A DNA stretch of 53,483 bases from Candidatus Limnocylindria bacterium (lineage in GTDB: Bacteria; Chloroflexota; Limnocylindria; P2-11E). Location: the NCBI GenBank assembly GCA_041496945.1, contig JBGQFO010000005.1, forward strand, positions 1-53,483, read 5' to 3'. Position numbers and translations under genes: made by a program. Below the pieces are notes generated by a model. The model did no database searches, was not told the origin of the DNA, and saw only the letters and a program-made list of their open reading frames with translations. Below are positions 7,904-18,120 of this stretch, one piece after another. Position 1 is the stretch's first letter; each line of letters starts with the position of its first letter.

Positions 7904-10434
7904 GCCTCGTCACGCTGAACGACATCCTCGAGAAGTCCGCGGCGAAGTTCGGCTCGAAGGACGCGCTCATCATCAAACCGGGGTTCCGCACGCGGGCCTG
8001 GAGCTACCGCGATCTCGCCGACGTCGTGCCGCGCATCGCGCGACACCTCGCGGAGAACGGCGTGAAGAAGGGCGACCGTGTCATCACCTTCGGCGTGAAC
8101 CGGCCGGAGTACGGGATCGCGGTCCTCGCGGCGCTGCGCGCCGGCGCGATCATCGTGCCGCTCGACGTCAACTCGACCGCCGAGTTCGCCGCGAAGATCG
8201 TCGAGCGCACCCGGGCCACGGCCGCGCTCGTCACTGTGCAGACAAAGGAGCGCGCGGCGACGCTGGGCATCCCGCTCCACGAGATGGAGGTCCTGCCCGA
8301 CCACGCCCGCGGCAAGGAGCCGTTGCCGAAGGCCGACGTCGGCCCGGACGATCTCGCGGAGGTCATGTTCACGTCGGGCACGACCGGTGAGCCGAAGGGC
8401 ACGATGCTGACGCACCGCAACCTGCTATCGAACGCGCTTGCCTGCACTCAGATCTTCCCCATCGGCCCAAGCCAGCGACTGCTGTCGTTCATCCCGCTCT
8501 CGCACATCTTCGAGCAGAGCCCGGGGTTCCTCTGCGTGCTCATCGCGGGCGCCTCGGTCGTCTACCCGACCAGCCGCCAGCCGGCGGTCATCCGGCGCAC
8601 GTTCAAGGAACGCCGCGTCTCGATGATCCTCATCACCCCGGCGGCGGTCCGATCGCTCTTCATCGCCATCGAGCGCAAGGCCCAATCGGACGGAAAGGGC
8701 CCGCTCTTCGCGAAGCTGCGGCGCGTCGCGCGCAGGCTTCCGATGCCGCTCCGGCGTCTCCTGTTCATCAGCGTGCACCGGCAGTTCGGTGGCCGCTTCC
8801 GCTACATCGTCTCGGGCGGCGCGGCCCTCGATCCCGCGCTGGGCGAGGCGTGGCGCGACCTCGGGGTCGAGGTCCTTCAGGGCTACGGGCTGTCCGAGAC
8901 CGCGCCTGCGCTCACCTTCAACCGGCTCGATCGCAATCGCTTCGGCTCGGTCGGCGTCCCGGTGCCCGGCGTCGAGGTGAAGATCGCCGAGGACGGCGAG
9001 GTGCTCGCGAAGGGTCCGAACATCTTCAAGGGCTACTGGGAGAACGAGGAGGCGACGCGGGCCGCGCTCGTCGGCGAGTGGTTCCACACCGGCGATCTCG
9101 GGAAGTTCGACGCGGACGGCTTTCTCTGGCTGCACGGTCGCAAGAAGGACATGATCGCCCTGCCCGACGGGCTCAAGGTCTACCCCGAAGACGTGGAGAA
9201 CATCCTGGCCGGGGATCCGCGGATCCAGGATCTCGCCACGCCGCTCCGTCCCACGCTCGCGGTGGTCGTCGGGCTCGAACGGCCGGGCGAGACATTGCAC
9301 GTCCACGCGGTGTTCGTGGAGCCGAAGGATCCCGACACCGTCGCCTCGATCGTCCGTTCGGCGAACGAGCGGCTGTCCGGCGCGCAGCAGATCCGCGGCT
9401 GGACCGTGTGGCCGGACGATCAGTTCCCGACGACGCCCACGCAAAAGGTGAAGAAGCGTGAGGTCGTCGAGCGCATCCTCACGATGGGCAAGGCCGAGGC
9501 GCCGACGCGGCCGGCCGCCGCCGCGGCGCGCGAGCTCACCGAGATCGAGCGCCTGGTCGCGAACACCGCGAACGTACCCGACGAACGGGTGTGGCCCGAG
9601 GCGCAGCTGTCCGCCGACATCGGCCTCGACTCGCTCGGCCGCGTCGATCTCCTCGGCGTGCTCGAGGAGGAGCTCGGCGTCTACATCGACGACGCCGCGC
9701 TCACGCCGAGCGCGACCGTGGCCGACCTCGAGAAGATGGTCGTGGCGGCGCGCGACAACAAGCCCGAGACCGGAATCTTCGGCTGGCCGCTCTCACCACT
9801 CACTCGATCGGTCGGGCTCATCCTCCAGCAGTTCGTGCTCTGGCCGCTCGTGCGCATCTTCTACCGCGTGAAGGTCACCGGCACGGAGAAGCTGAGCGGG
9901 CTGCGCGGCCCGGTCATGTTCGCGCCGAACCACTGCCTGCACTGGGACAACGGCATCATCCTCACCTCGATCCCGGTCGCGTGGCGCTGGCACCTCGCCG
10001 TGGCGGCGGCGGCGGACGACGTCTTCGGCAACCGCCTCAACGGCATCTTCTCGGCGATCCTCGCGAACGCCTTCCCGCTCGCGCGCGAGGGCGCCATCCG
10101 CCGCAGCCTCGAGCTCCTCGGCGCGCGGCTCGACCGCAAGTTCTCGGTGCTCATCTACCCGGAGGGCAAGCTCACCATCGGCGGGCCGACGCAGCCTTTC
10201 AAGTCCGGCACCGGGCTCATCGCGGTCGAGGGCGGTACGCCCGTCGTTCCGATGAAGCTGAAGATCGGCAGCGTGTCGATCCTCGACCACTGGGACCGCA
10301 AGTGGGATCGCGAGCTCTCGAACGGCTGGCGCGGCAGCGTCGAGGTCGTCTTCGGCGATCCGCTCTACTTCCCCGCCGGCACGCCGGCGGGCGAGGCGAC
10401 CGCGAAGCTGCAGGCGGCGGTCGCGGCGCTGTAG
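7900..10434 (+). CDS. Acyl-CoA/acyl-ACP synthetase-ACP-lysophospholipid acyltransferase fusion
   Basis: FTSGTTGEPKG, QGYGLSE, HTGD adenylation motifs; GLDSL phosphopantetheine site; NHxxxxD and YPEG PlsC motifs. Confidence 0.9.
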   Translation: MSLVTLNDILEKSAAKFGSKDALIIKPGFRTRAWSYRDLADVVPRIARHLAENGVKKGDRVITFGVNRPEYGIAVLAALRAGAIIVPLDVNSTAEFAAKIVERTRATAALVTVQTKERAATLGIPLHEMEVLPDHARGKEPLPKADVGPDDLAEVMFTSGTTGEPKGTMLTHRNLLSNALACTQIFPIGPSQRLLSFIPLSHIFEQSPGFLCVLIAGASVVYPTSRQPAVIRRTFKERRVSMILITPAAVRSLFIAIERKAQSDGKGPLFAKLRRVARRLPMPLRRLLFISVHRQFGGRFRYIVSGGAALDPALGEAWRDLGVEVLQGYGLSETAPALTFNRLDRNRFGSVGVPVPGVEVKIAEDGEVLAKGPNIFKGYWENEEATRAALVGEWFHTGDLGKFDADGFLWLHGRKKDMIALPDGLKVYPEDVENILAGDPRIQDLATPLRPTLAVVVGLERPGETLHVHAVFVEPKDPDTVASIVRSANERLSGAQQIRGWTVWPDDQFPTTPTQKVKKREVVERILTMGKAEAPTRPAAAAARELTEIERLVANTANVPDERVWPEAQLSADIGLDSLGRVDLLGVLEEELGVYIDDAALTPSATVADLEKMVVAARDNKPETGIFGWPLSPLTRSVGLILQQFVLWPLVRIFYRVKVTGTEKLSGLRGPVMFAPNHCLHWDNGIILTSIPVAWRWHLAVAAAADDVFGNRLNGIFSAILANAFPLAREGAIRRSLELLGARLDRKFSVLIYPEGKLTIGGPTQPFKSGTGLIAVEGGTPVVPMKLKIGSVSILDHWDRKWDRELSNGWRGSVEVVFGDPLYFPAGTPAGEATAKLQAAVAAL

Positions 10435-10436
10435 CG

Positions 10437-11357
10437 CTAGCGGCTCGTGGGCTTCACCAGCGAGCGCAGCTTCGTCAGCGGCGCGTGCATGTCCACGCTC
10501 ATGAACGCGTACTGACGGCCGGCGCGGTTCGTCGCCGACGCGTGTGACCCGTCCGCGGCGAGGACGACGATGTTGAAGGGGGCGTCCGCGAGCGCGTTCG
10601 CGTCGGCGATCGCGCGTCGGGCGACGCTCGGCGGGCGCAGGCCGGACGCGAGCCGGTCCACGGCGGTCTTCGCGGTCAGGTTGCGCAGCGCGAGCTCGCC
10701 GAAGCCGGTGCAGCACGCGCCGCCGGACCGCGTATCGCAGTAATTGCCCGCGCCGACGATCGGCGAGTCGCCGACGCGCCCCGGATACGCATAGCCCCAC
10801 CCGCTCGTCGTGACGGCCGAGGCGATGTTGCCCTTGCGATCGAGCGCGATGAAGTTCACGGTGCCGAAGCGTTCGGCGATGACCCGCTCGACCAGTGGCA
10901 GGAGCTTCTTCGATCGCCTGACGCTCGCCGGCGTCTGCCGGATGCCCCGGAGCTGCTCGAGCCAGAGCCTGCGGGTGGACGGCGTCAGGTTCTGGATCTT
11001 CTCCGCGCCGATCTCCGCGGCGAAACGCGCCGCGCCCTGGCCGACGATGAGGACGTGCTTCGAGCGCTCCATGACCGCGCGCGCCACGGTGATGGGGTGG
11101 TGGAACCCGACGAGCGCCGCGACGGCGCCGGCGCGATGCGTCGTGCCGTCGACGATCGAGGCGTCGAGCTCGACCTCGCCGTGGATCTTCGGGAGCCCGC
11201 CACGGCCGACGCTCGTGTCGGTCACGTCCGCCTCGACGATCCGCGCGCAGGCCTCGACCGCGTCGAGCGCGCTGCCGCCGCGGCGCAGGATGCGCGTGCC
11301 GGCGGGCAGCGCCTTCGCGCCATTGCCGCTCGCGACGATGATCGGGACCGGTCTCAT
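10437..11357 (-). CDS. Isoaspartyl peptidase/L-asparaginase (Ntn hydrolase)
   Basis: SALDAVE, ELDASI.DG, GTV autocleavage Thr, TSG, GRVGDSP.VGAG, CTGFGE; ATGA overlap at 11354-11357. Confidence 0.9.
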   Translation of the reverse strand: MRPVPIIVASGNGAKALPAGTRILRRGGSALDAVEACARIVEADVTDTSVGRGGLPKIHGEVELDASIVDGTTHRAGAVAALVGFHHPITVARAVMERSKHVLIVGQGAARFAAEIGAEKIQNLTPSTRRLWLEQLRGIRQTPASVRRSKKLLPLVERVIAERFGTVNFIALDRKGNIASAVTTSGWGYAYPGRVGDSPIVGAGNYCDTRSGGACCTGFGELALRNLTAKTAVDRLASGLRPPSVARRAIADANALADAPFNIVVLAADGSHASATNRAGRQYAFMSVDMHAPLTKLRSLVKPTSR

Positions 11358-11959
11358 CTCCCCGTCATGCTCCGCACCACGCGAAAGCCGTGGCCGCTCA
11401 GGTCCTCGGTGGGCCGGAAACGCTTCGCGGGAAGGCACTCGGCGAGCGGATCGAGGTACGAGCCGCCGCGGAGCACGCGGCCGTCGACCCAGGTGTTCGT
11501 CCATTCGCGCACGTTGCCGACGAGGTCGAGCACGCCCTCGGGCGTCGCGCCCGCGACGTTCGCGCCCACGGCCGTGGTGCGCCTGGTGCCCGACTCCCGG
11601 ACGTTGGCGCGCGTCTGGTCGGCGGCCTCACCCCAGGGCCAGCGACGCCCGGCCACGCCGCGCGCCGTCTTCTCCCACTCGCGCTCGTCGGGCAACCGAT
11701 ACACGCGGGCGGTCGCGAGGCTGAGCCAGCGGCAGTAGGCGACGGCGTCCGCCCACGACACACCCTCCGCCGGATGGTCCGCCGGGCCGTTCGTCCACCG
11801 CACCGGCCGGTGTGACGTCTCCCCGACGAACGCGGCGAGCTCCGCGTTCGTCACGAGCCATCGCGCGATGGCGAACACGTTGACGTGGAACGTCCGCGGC
11901 GGGTCGTCGAGGAGCGCGTCACCGGCTGGGATGACGACGACGTCTGGCTCAACGGGCAC
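11354..11959 (-). CDS. Formylglycine-generating enzyme (SUMF1/EgtB) domain protein
   Basis: VTNA, HP..VSW.DA..YC.W, RLP.E.EWEK.ARG, DL.GNV.EW, RGGS, GFRVV; TACATT 6 nt before the GTG. Confidence 0.85.
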   Translation of the reverse strand: MPVEPDVVVIPAGDALLDDPPRTFHVNVFAIARWLVTNAELAAFVGETSHRPVRWTNGPADHPAEGVSWADAVAYCRWLSLATARVYRLPDEREWEKTARGVAGRRWPWGEAADQTRANVRESGTRRTTAVGANVAGATPEGVLDLVGNVREWTNTWVDGRVLRGGSYLDPLAECLPAKRFRPTEDLSGHGFRVVRSMTGR

Positions 11960-12017
11960 GCGCGGAATGTATACGCGGTCGCGGCGGGTCGCCCGAACGG
12001 GGGACCGCGTTTCCCCT

Positions 12018-12230
12018 ATGCGCCCGAGGCGCGAAGCGTTCCGCGAGCCGAAGATGACGGCGATGCTCGAACTCGACATCCGACCGATGGTCTGGGACGC
12101 GAGCGTGATCGCACCCTCGGAAGTGGACGAGGTGACGGTCATCCTTCGCGTGACCTACAACACGCTCGAGGCGATCTGCGGGGACCTCTTTGACGTCACC
12201 GAGACCGCTCCCGAGCGCCGACCGAACTAG
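12018..12230 (+). CDS. Small hypothetical protein (70 aa)
   Basis: Fills the gap between FGE and fadD genes; protein-like acidic/hydrophobic composition, unlike shadow ORFs; start uncertain. Confidence 0.5.
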   Translation: MRPRREAFREPKMTAMLELDIRPMVWDASVIAPSEVDEVTVILRVTYNTLEAICGDLFDVTETAPERRPN

Positions 12231-12248
12231 AGAGCGCGGCGCCGGCAC

Positions 12249-13991
12249 CTAGACCGGCGTCGCGACCTTCTCCCGCCTGCTCTTGTCCTCGGCCGCGAGC
12301 TGACGGCGGAGCGTCTTGCCGATGAGCGTCTTCGGCAGCGAATCGCGGAACTCGATCTCCCGCGGCGCCTTGAACGGCGCGAGCTGCGTGCGCGCGTGCG
12401 CCATCAGCTCATCGGCGGTCGCGGTCTTTCCCGCCTTCAGGACGACGAACGCCTTGACCTCTTCGCCCTTGATCGGGTGCGGCACGCCGATCGCGGCGCT
12501 GTCGGCCACGGCGGGATGCGTCGCGAGCGCCTCCTCGACCTCGCGCGGGTAGACGTTGAAGCCGGAGACGATGATCATCTCCTTCTTGCGGTCCACGATC
12601 GCGTAGTAGCCATCCGCGTCGACGGTCGCGATGTCGCCGGTGTAGAGCCAGCCATTCCGCAGCGTCTTCGCGGTCTCCTCGGGCTGGTGGTAGTACCCAT
12701 CCATCAGCTGGGGTCCGCGGAGCACGAGCTCGCCCGGCTCGCCGGCCGGCATCTCTCGCTCGCCCGTCTCGACGTCGACGATCTTGCACTCGACGTCCGG
12801 GTATGGGACCCCGATCGTCCCGATCTTCTGCTTCCCCTTCCCGTACAGCGGGTTGCAGTGCGTGACCGGCGCGGCCTCCGTGAGCCCGTAGCCCTCGACC
12901 AGGTTCGCGCCGGTGAGCTCGACGAACTTCCGATGCGTCTCGACCATGAGCGGCGCGGAGCCGCTGATGCACGCACCGATCGACCGCAGGTCGTACTTCG
13001 TCGCGAGGGGCGAGTTGATGATCGCGTTGTAGATGCGCGGCGCGCCAGGGAACGTCTTCGGCTTGTGGCGCGCGATGTCCTTGAGCACGTGCTCGAGATC
13101 GAACTGCGGCTCGAGGACCATCGCCGCGGCGGCCTGCACCGCCTGCGTCATGACCACGGTCAGGCCGTACACGTGGAAGAACGGCATGACCGCCATGCCG
13201 ACGCCGGTGCCATCCTCCTCGGCCGCGAACCACGAGCGACACTGCAGCGTGTTCGCCACGAGCGCGCGGTGCGAGAGCATCGCGCCCTTCGAGACCCCGG
13301 TCGTCCCGCCGGTGTACTGCAGCACCGCGATGTCGTCCTTTGTGACGCCGGCGTCGAAGGGCGCCTCGGGCGAGCGCTTGAGCACGTCGGCGAACGACTG
13401 CGCGCCCGCGTCGCCGGCGAAGGGCTGGCGATGGCCGTCCTTCTTCTCCTTCGCCAGCGTGAAGAGCGTGCGCAGGACGGGCGGCATGAACTCCTTGATG
13501 TTCGTCACCAGGACGTTCCTGATCCGCGTCCCTTCGCGAGCCGCCTTGACCACGGGGTACAGGCGCGAGAGGACGACGATCGTCTCCGCGCCGGAGTCGA
13601 CCAGCTGGTGGCGAAGCTCAGGGACGGTGTAGAGCGGGTTGCAGGGGACGACGATCGCGCCGGCGCGCAGCGCGCCGAAGAACGCGATCACGAACTGCGG
13701 CGTGTTGGGCAGCATGATCGCGACGCGATCGCCCTTCTTCACGCCCATCGCGCGCAGCCCGTTCGCGAGACGCCAGGCGTCGTCCGAGATCTGGCGCCAG
13801 GTGCGCTTCGCGTTGAAGAAGATCGTCGCCGTGGCCTTCGGATAGCTCTCCGCGGCGTCATCGAGGAAGGCGTGCAGCGTGGTGTCCGGGTAGCGCAGCG
13901 TCGCGGGGACACCCTCGTCGTAATGCTTGGTCCACGGACGCCCCGCGAGCGGCGCCTTGTCCTTCGCGACGACCGGGATCCGTTTCGCCAT
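12249..13991 (-). CDS. fadD: Long-chain-fatty-acid--CoA ligase
   Basis: YTGGTTGVSKG, EGYGLTE, YTGD, DRKKEMI, PKT.IGK; SD GGGGAGGT. Confidence 0.92.
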   Translation of the reverse strand: MAKRIPVVAKDKAPLAGRPWTKHYDEGVPATLRYPDTTLHAFLDDAAESYPKATATIFFNAKRTWRQISDDAWRLANGLRAMGVKKGDRVAIMLPNTPQFVIAFFGALRAGAIVVPCNPLYTVPELRHQLVDSGAETIVVLSRLYPVVKAAREGTRIRNVLVTNIKEFMPPVLRTLFTLAKEKKDGHRQPFAGDAGAQSFADVLKRSPEAPFDAGVTKDDIAVLQYTGGTTGVSKGAMLSHRALVANTLQCRSWFAAEEDGTGVGMAVMPFFHVYGLTVVMTQAVQAAAAMVLEPQFDLEHVLKDIARHKPKTFPGAPRIYNAIINSPLATKYDLRSIGACISGSAPLMVETHRKFVELTGANLVEGYGLTEAAPVTHCNPLYGKGKQKIGTIGVPYPDVECKIVDVETGEREMPAGEPGELVLRGPQLMDGYYHQPEETAKTLRNGWLYTGDIATVDADGYYAIVDRKKEMIIVSGFNVYPREVEEALATHPAVADSAAIGVPHPIKGEEVKAFVVLKAGKTATADELMAHARTQLAPFKAPREIEFRDSLPKTLIGKTLRRQLAAEDKSRREKVATPV

Positions 13992-14036
13992 GCCGCGACC
14001 TCCCCAGACCTGCTCGCGAAAAAGAGTACGCCGGTC

Positions 14037-14762
14037 TCAGTGCTCGGCGACGTGGATCGCGGCGATGCCCAGCGCGAGCCGCTCGAAGCGCACCTGAGCG
14101 AAGCCCGCGTCGCGCAGCCGTTCGGCGAGGCGCTCGGCGCCCGGGAAGCGCGCCACCGAGCGTGGAAGGTACCGGTACGCCTCGACATCTCCGCCCAGGA
14201 GCGTCGCGATCCGCGGCGCGATGCCGCGGAAGTAGACGCCGAATGACCTGCGCACGACCGTCGCCGGCGGCGTGCTGAGCTCGAGGATCACCGCCCGACC
14301 GCCGGGTCGCAGCACTCGACGCATCTCCCGCAGACCCGCGTCGAGATCGCCGAAGTTGCGCACCGCGAACCCCGCGACGACGCGGTCGAACGACGCGTCG
14401 GCGAAGGGCAGCGCCTGCGCGTCGGCGTGGCGCGCGTCGAAGCGCGGTGCGAGCGGGCTGCGCGCGGCACGCCGGCGGACCCGGTCGAGCATGCCGTCCG
14501 AGAGATCGATGCCGGTGACGCGTGAGGTCGGATCGGAAGCGGCGAGCAGATCGAATGACAGATCGCCCGTCCCGACACCGACATCGAGCGCGATCTCGCC
14601 CGGGCCGAGCCGCGCGAGTGACACCGCGCGGCGCCGCCACCCGACGTCGCGGCCGAGCGAGAGGACGCGGTTCAGCCGGTCGTAGCGGGGAGCGATGAGA
14701 TCGAACATCGCCGCGATCTTCTCGTCGCGCGGCGCGCGCGTGGGGTCGCCGGAGCGAGCCAT
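14037..14762 (-). CDS. menG: Demethylmenaquinone methyltransferase (UbiE/MenG)
   Basis: MFD.IAPRYD.LN.VLS.G.D..WR, LDVG.GTGD, DA..LPF.D.SFD, F.VRN, AY.YLP.S. Confidence 0.9.
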   Translation of the reverse strand: MARSGDPTRAPRDEKIAAMFDLIAPRYDRLNRVLSLGRDVGWRRRAVSLARLGPGEIALDVGVGTGDLSFDLLAASDPTSRVTGIDLSDGMLDRVRRRAARSPLAPRFDARHADAQALPFADASFDRVVAGFAVRNFGDLDAGLREMRRVLRPGGRAVILELSTPPATVVRRSFGVYFRGIAPRIATLLGGDVEAYRYLPRSVARFPGAERLAERLRDAGFAQVRFERLALGIAAIHVAEH

Positions 14763-14848
14763 CGCGCATCACGCTACTGCGGCGTGCGCGAAGCGCACAC
14801 GCCTAGCAGCCGAGCACGGCGAAAGCCGTGCGAGTACCGTGACCGCGA

Positions 14849-15661
14849 GTGAACGCCATCGTCACGCTCCCGCTGGTGCTCGCGGTGGTGCTTGTCGAGC
14901 TCGCGGTGGGCGGCGCGTTCCTGATCTGGTTCCTCGACCGCCGCGGGCAGGCGCCCGGCGGATTCCTGAAGCTCACCGCCGCGGTCGACGCGCTCTGTGC
15001 CGCGGCCGCGGTGGGTCTCATCCCGACGATCATCCCGCGCGATCTGCAGAAGCTCGGCCTGGATGCGGGACCGCTGGCGTCATTCGGACAGGCGCTCGTC
15101 GTGTTCCTCGTGCTCGTCGTGATCCAGCTCGTGCTGACCTTCGTCCCCCTGCGCGACCTGCGCAACGTCGCCGGCATCCTCGCGCTGCTCGTCGGGATCG
15201 GCACGCTCGAGGTGGCGGCGATCTCGCGCCCGAGCCAGTCGCCGTTCGACGTGTTCGCCCTGCTCGCGTTGCCGCTCGGTGCGCTGGCTCTTGGCGGGAC
15301 CGATGCGGCCATGCTCCTCGGCCACTGGTACCTGGTGACGCCGAAGCTCAGCCCCGGTCCGCTCCAGGCCGCCGCCCTCGTGATCGTCGCCGCGGTCGTC
15401 CTGCAGATCGGGCTCGTCGCGGTCACCTACGCGCGCGGTGATCTCGTCGGCACGACCTCGCAGGTCGGGCTCATCGTCGCGCTCGGGCTGCGCATCGGTG
15501 TCGGCCTGCTCATGACGCTTGGCGTCGCGCTGGGGGGATGGTGGACGGCTCGCACGAATACGCAGTCATCGACCGGCCTGCTCTATGTGGGCCTGGGCAC
15601 CGCGCTCGCCGGCGAGATCAGCGCGCGGGTGTTGTTCTTCCTGACCGGGGCCGCCGTTTAG
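14849..15661 (+). CDS. Uncharacterised polytopic membrane protein (about 8 TM, AMLLGHWYL motif)
   Basis: Strongly hydrophobic ORF; TACCGT 8 nt before the GTG. Confidence 0.75.
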   Translation: MNAIVTLPLVLAVVLVELAVGGAFLIWFLDRRGQAPGGFLKLTAAVDALCAAAAVGLIPTIIPRDLQKLGLDAGPLASFGQALVVFLVLVVIQLVLTFVPLRDLRNVAGILALLVGIGTLEVAAISRPSQSPFDVFALLALPLGALALGGTDAAMLLGHWYLVTPKLSPGPLQAAALVIVAAVVLQIGLVAVTYARGDLVGTTSQVGLIVALGLRIGVGLLMTLGVALGGWWTARTNTQSSTGLLYVGLGTALAGEISARVLFFLTGAAV

Positions 15662-15861
15662 CGCTTCTTCTTCGTCGCCTTCGCACGTTTCGCGGAGTCG
15701 CGCTCCCGGATGGTCTGCTCCACCGTCTCGAACTTCCGCAGGGTGCCGCGCCGATCCTTCTGCTGCGACCGGTTCCAGTCCGCGTCACCCACCGACCGCC
15801 GGGCGCGGTCGGCGTCGCGCATCGCCGACTCCACGATCTTCGCGATCTTGCGAACGGGCAC
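15658..15861 (-). CDS. Small basic hypothetical protein (67 aa)
   Basis: Lys/Arg-rich, helical-looking; TAGCAT 6 nt before the GTG. Confidence 0.65.
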   Translation of the reverse strand: MPVRKIAKIVESAMRDADRARRSVGDADWNRSQQKDRRGTLRKFETVEQTIRERDSAKRAKATKKKR

Positions 15862-15883
15862 GCGCCAATGCTAGCGATGCCGG

Positions 15884-16654
15884 CTAGCGGTTCCGCTCCG
15901 ACCGCACGAATCCGGCCGTGCCGATGAGCATGAACATCGCGAATTCGGCCACGATGATCGCGAGGTTGGTCGAGAGACCCTCGAGCGCCACGCCCTGCTT
16001 CCCGCTGTAGAAGATGTCGCGCATGATGTCGACCGCGTAGCGCATCGGCGACAGCCGCGACAGGATCTCGAGGGGCAGCGGCAAGGTCATGATCGGATTG
16101 AACACGCCGGCGAGGAAGAACTGCGGCAGCATCACGAACGGGAAGATCTGATTGGCCTGCCGCTGGCTCTCCAGGCGCGAGAGGATCAGCACGCCGAACG
16201 CGCCGCCGTAGATCGCGACGAGCAACAGCACCGGGATCATCGAGACGATGACCGGAAGCGTGAGCGGGACGCCCAGGATCACTCCGAAGGCGATGATGGC
16301 GACGGCCTGCGGAAGGGACACGAGGGATTCGCCGAGGATCTTCCCGAAGATGATCGTGTAGCGCGAGATCGGCGAGACGAAGATCTCCTGGCTGAAGTCC
16401 TGCTCGCGGTCGGCGATGAGCGAGATCACCCCAAGGGCCCCGGACTGCCAGACCGTCTGCGCCAGCACGCCGGTGAAGACGTACTGCAGCAGGTTGATGC
16501 CGCTTGCCGTGCCGAACCCCGCCTGAAGGGTCGTGCCGAGGATGCCGATGAAGATCAGCGGGAAGCTGAGGTCGGCGATGATGCGCGTGCGGTCCCGGAG
16601 CAGCTTGATGAGGTCGCGATGCGCGAGCGTGAGCACGCCCGAGAGCTCATGCAT
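15884..16654 (-). CDS. ABC-2 type exporter permease
   Basis: 6 TM, DRE...E.FVSP, PQFFLAG.F.P, P..YAVD. Confidence 0.9.
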   Translation of the reverse strand: MHELSGVLTLAHRDLIKLLRDRTRIIADLSFPLIFIGILGTTLQAGFGTASGINLLQYVFTGVLAQTVWQSGALGVISLIADREQDFSQEIFVSPISRYTIIFGKILGESLVSLPQAVAIIAFGVILGVPLTLPVIVSMIPVLLLVAIYGGAFGVLILSRLESQRQANQIFPFVMLPQFFLAGVFNPIMTLPLPLEILSRLSPMRYAVDIMRDIFYSGKQGVALEGLSTNLAIIVAEFAMFMLIGTAGFVRSERNR

Positions 16655-17582
16655 CCTTCAACCCCGCGCCGACGATCTCGAGGTACGCGTCCTCCAGGCT
16701 GGGCGCGTGCGTGCGGACCAGCGACAGCGGCGTCTCGATGGAGCGGAGCACCGGGTGCACTCCGCGTCCCGTGAGCATGACCTTGAACGGCCCATCGCCG
16801 GAGACGGGGAGCTCCAGTCGCGCGAGCTCGCCGCGCAAGCGACGGCGGTCGTCGCAGTCGATGACGATGTACTCCTCGACCAGCTGTGACTTGATCTCCG
16901 CCGGCGAGCCGAACGAGACGACACGGCCGTTGTCGATGATGCAGATGTGGTCGGCTTCCTCGGCCTCCTCGAGGTAGTGCGTCGTGAGAAAGATCGTCGT
17001 GCCCGCCTCCCGTCTGATGGTCCCGAGGTATTCCCACAGCGTCCGGCGACTCGGGACGTCGAGACCGGCGGTCGGCTCGTCGAGGAAGAGGACCTTCGGG
17101 CGATGGAGCAGGCTTCGCACGATCTCGAGCTTGCGGCGCATGCCACCGGAGAACGTCCGGACCGGCTTGTGGATGTCCTCGGTGATGCCGAGCAGGTCGG
17201 CGAGCGCGTGCACCTGCTTCCGGTACGGGCTCGGCATGAGCGCGAAGGTCGGCGCGTACGGATAGAGGCCGTAGAGGATCGCGTGGAAACGGACGTTCTC
17301 CTCCGCGGTCAGATTCAGGTCGAGGCTTGGCTTCTGGAAGATGATGCCGACGATCCGCCGGACCGCGCTCGCCTCACGCGCGATGTCCAGCCCGTCGATC
17401 GTCGCGCGGCCGCTGGTCGGCGCGAGCGTCGTGGTGAGGATCGAGATCGTCGTCGTCTTCCCGGCGCCGTTCGGACCGAGGAGCGCGAAGAACTCGCCCG
17501 CCTGCACCTCGAAGCCGATGCCGTCGACGGCGTTGCGGTCGGCCTTCTTGTAGCGCTTGACCAGCTCTTCGACGCGGATCAC
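16647..17582 (-). CDS. ABC transporter ATP-binding protein (DrrA/NodI-like)
   Basis: GPNGAGKTT, FSGGMRRK, LFLDEPT, LTTHY; TAAACT 6 nt before the GTG. Confidence 0.93.
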   Translation of the reverse strand: MIRVEELVKRYKKADRNAVDGIGFEVQAGEFFALLGPNGAGKTTTISILTTTLAPTSGRATIDGLDIAREASAVRRIVGIIFQKPSLDLNLTAEENVRFHAILYGLYPYAPTFALMPSPYRKQVHALADLLGITEDIHKPVRTFSGGMRRKLEIVRSLLHRPKVLFLDEPTAGLDVPSRRTLWEYLGTIRREAGTTIFLTTHYLEEAEEADHICIIDNGRVVSFGSPAEIKSQLVEEYIVIDCDDRRRLRGELARLELPVSGDGPFKVMLTGRGVHPVLRSIETPLSLVRTHAPSLEDAYLEIVGAGLKDA

Positions 17583-17628
17583 GCGCCGAGTTTATCGACG
17601 CCCCGTGAAGATGCGGCACAATCTGCGC

Positions 17629-18120
17629 ATGAAGAAGGACGTCGGGCCACTCGAGAGCGACGGGGTCTGGGTCATCCACGGCGGCCACGCGACGCCAAAG
17701 GCTGCTCGGACCGGCGACCCGAGGCCGGACATCGAGGCGCTCGACTTCAACAACCCCTACGGCTACGACATCGAGCGCGTGTGGTTCCAGGGCAAGATCG
17801 TCTTCGCCAGCGAACAGGGCGAGCTCGACATCGACGAGACCAAGGTGAAGGTGGCGCAGGAGTACCAGGTCGTCTACTCGGTCGAGCTCGACGGACGCGG
17901 GAAGCTGAAAGACGGCGCGGAGCCGGACCGCGTGCCAGGACAGCTGAACATCTACGACACCGTGCCCGGCATGCCCGGCTACAGCCCCATCTGGCAGTTC
18001 AACTACGTCATCGTCCCGCGTGACTACCCGGCGAACACGCTGCGCTCGGAAGAGGACTGCGTGCGGAGCTGCTACCCGATCAAGAGGAGTCGCGTCTTCG
18101 AGAACTGACCGGTGCTCTAG
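17629..18120 (+). CDS. DUF7482-like protein, probable selenoprotein (UGA at 18106-18108 read as Sec; the conventional call would end at 18108)
   Basis: D.VPG..GYSP.W motif; readthrough gives FEN-U-PVL-TAG, matching the NCP C-terminus I recall for this family; CACAAT 6 nt before the ATG. Confidence 0.65.

Noticed and set aside
11354-11959. FGE-sulfatase/C-type lectin domain as a diversity-generating retroelement target
   Set aside because: No reverse transcriptase and no template/variable repeat pair seen in the window
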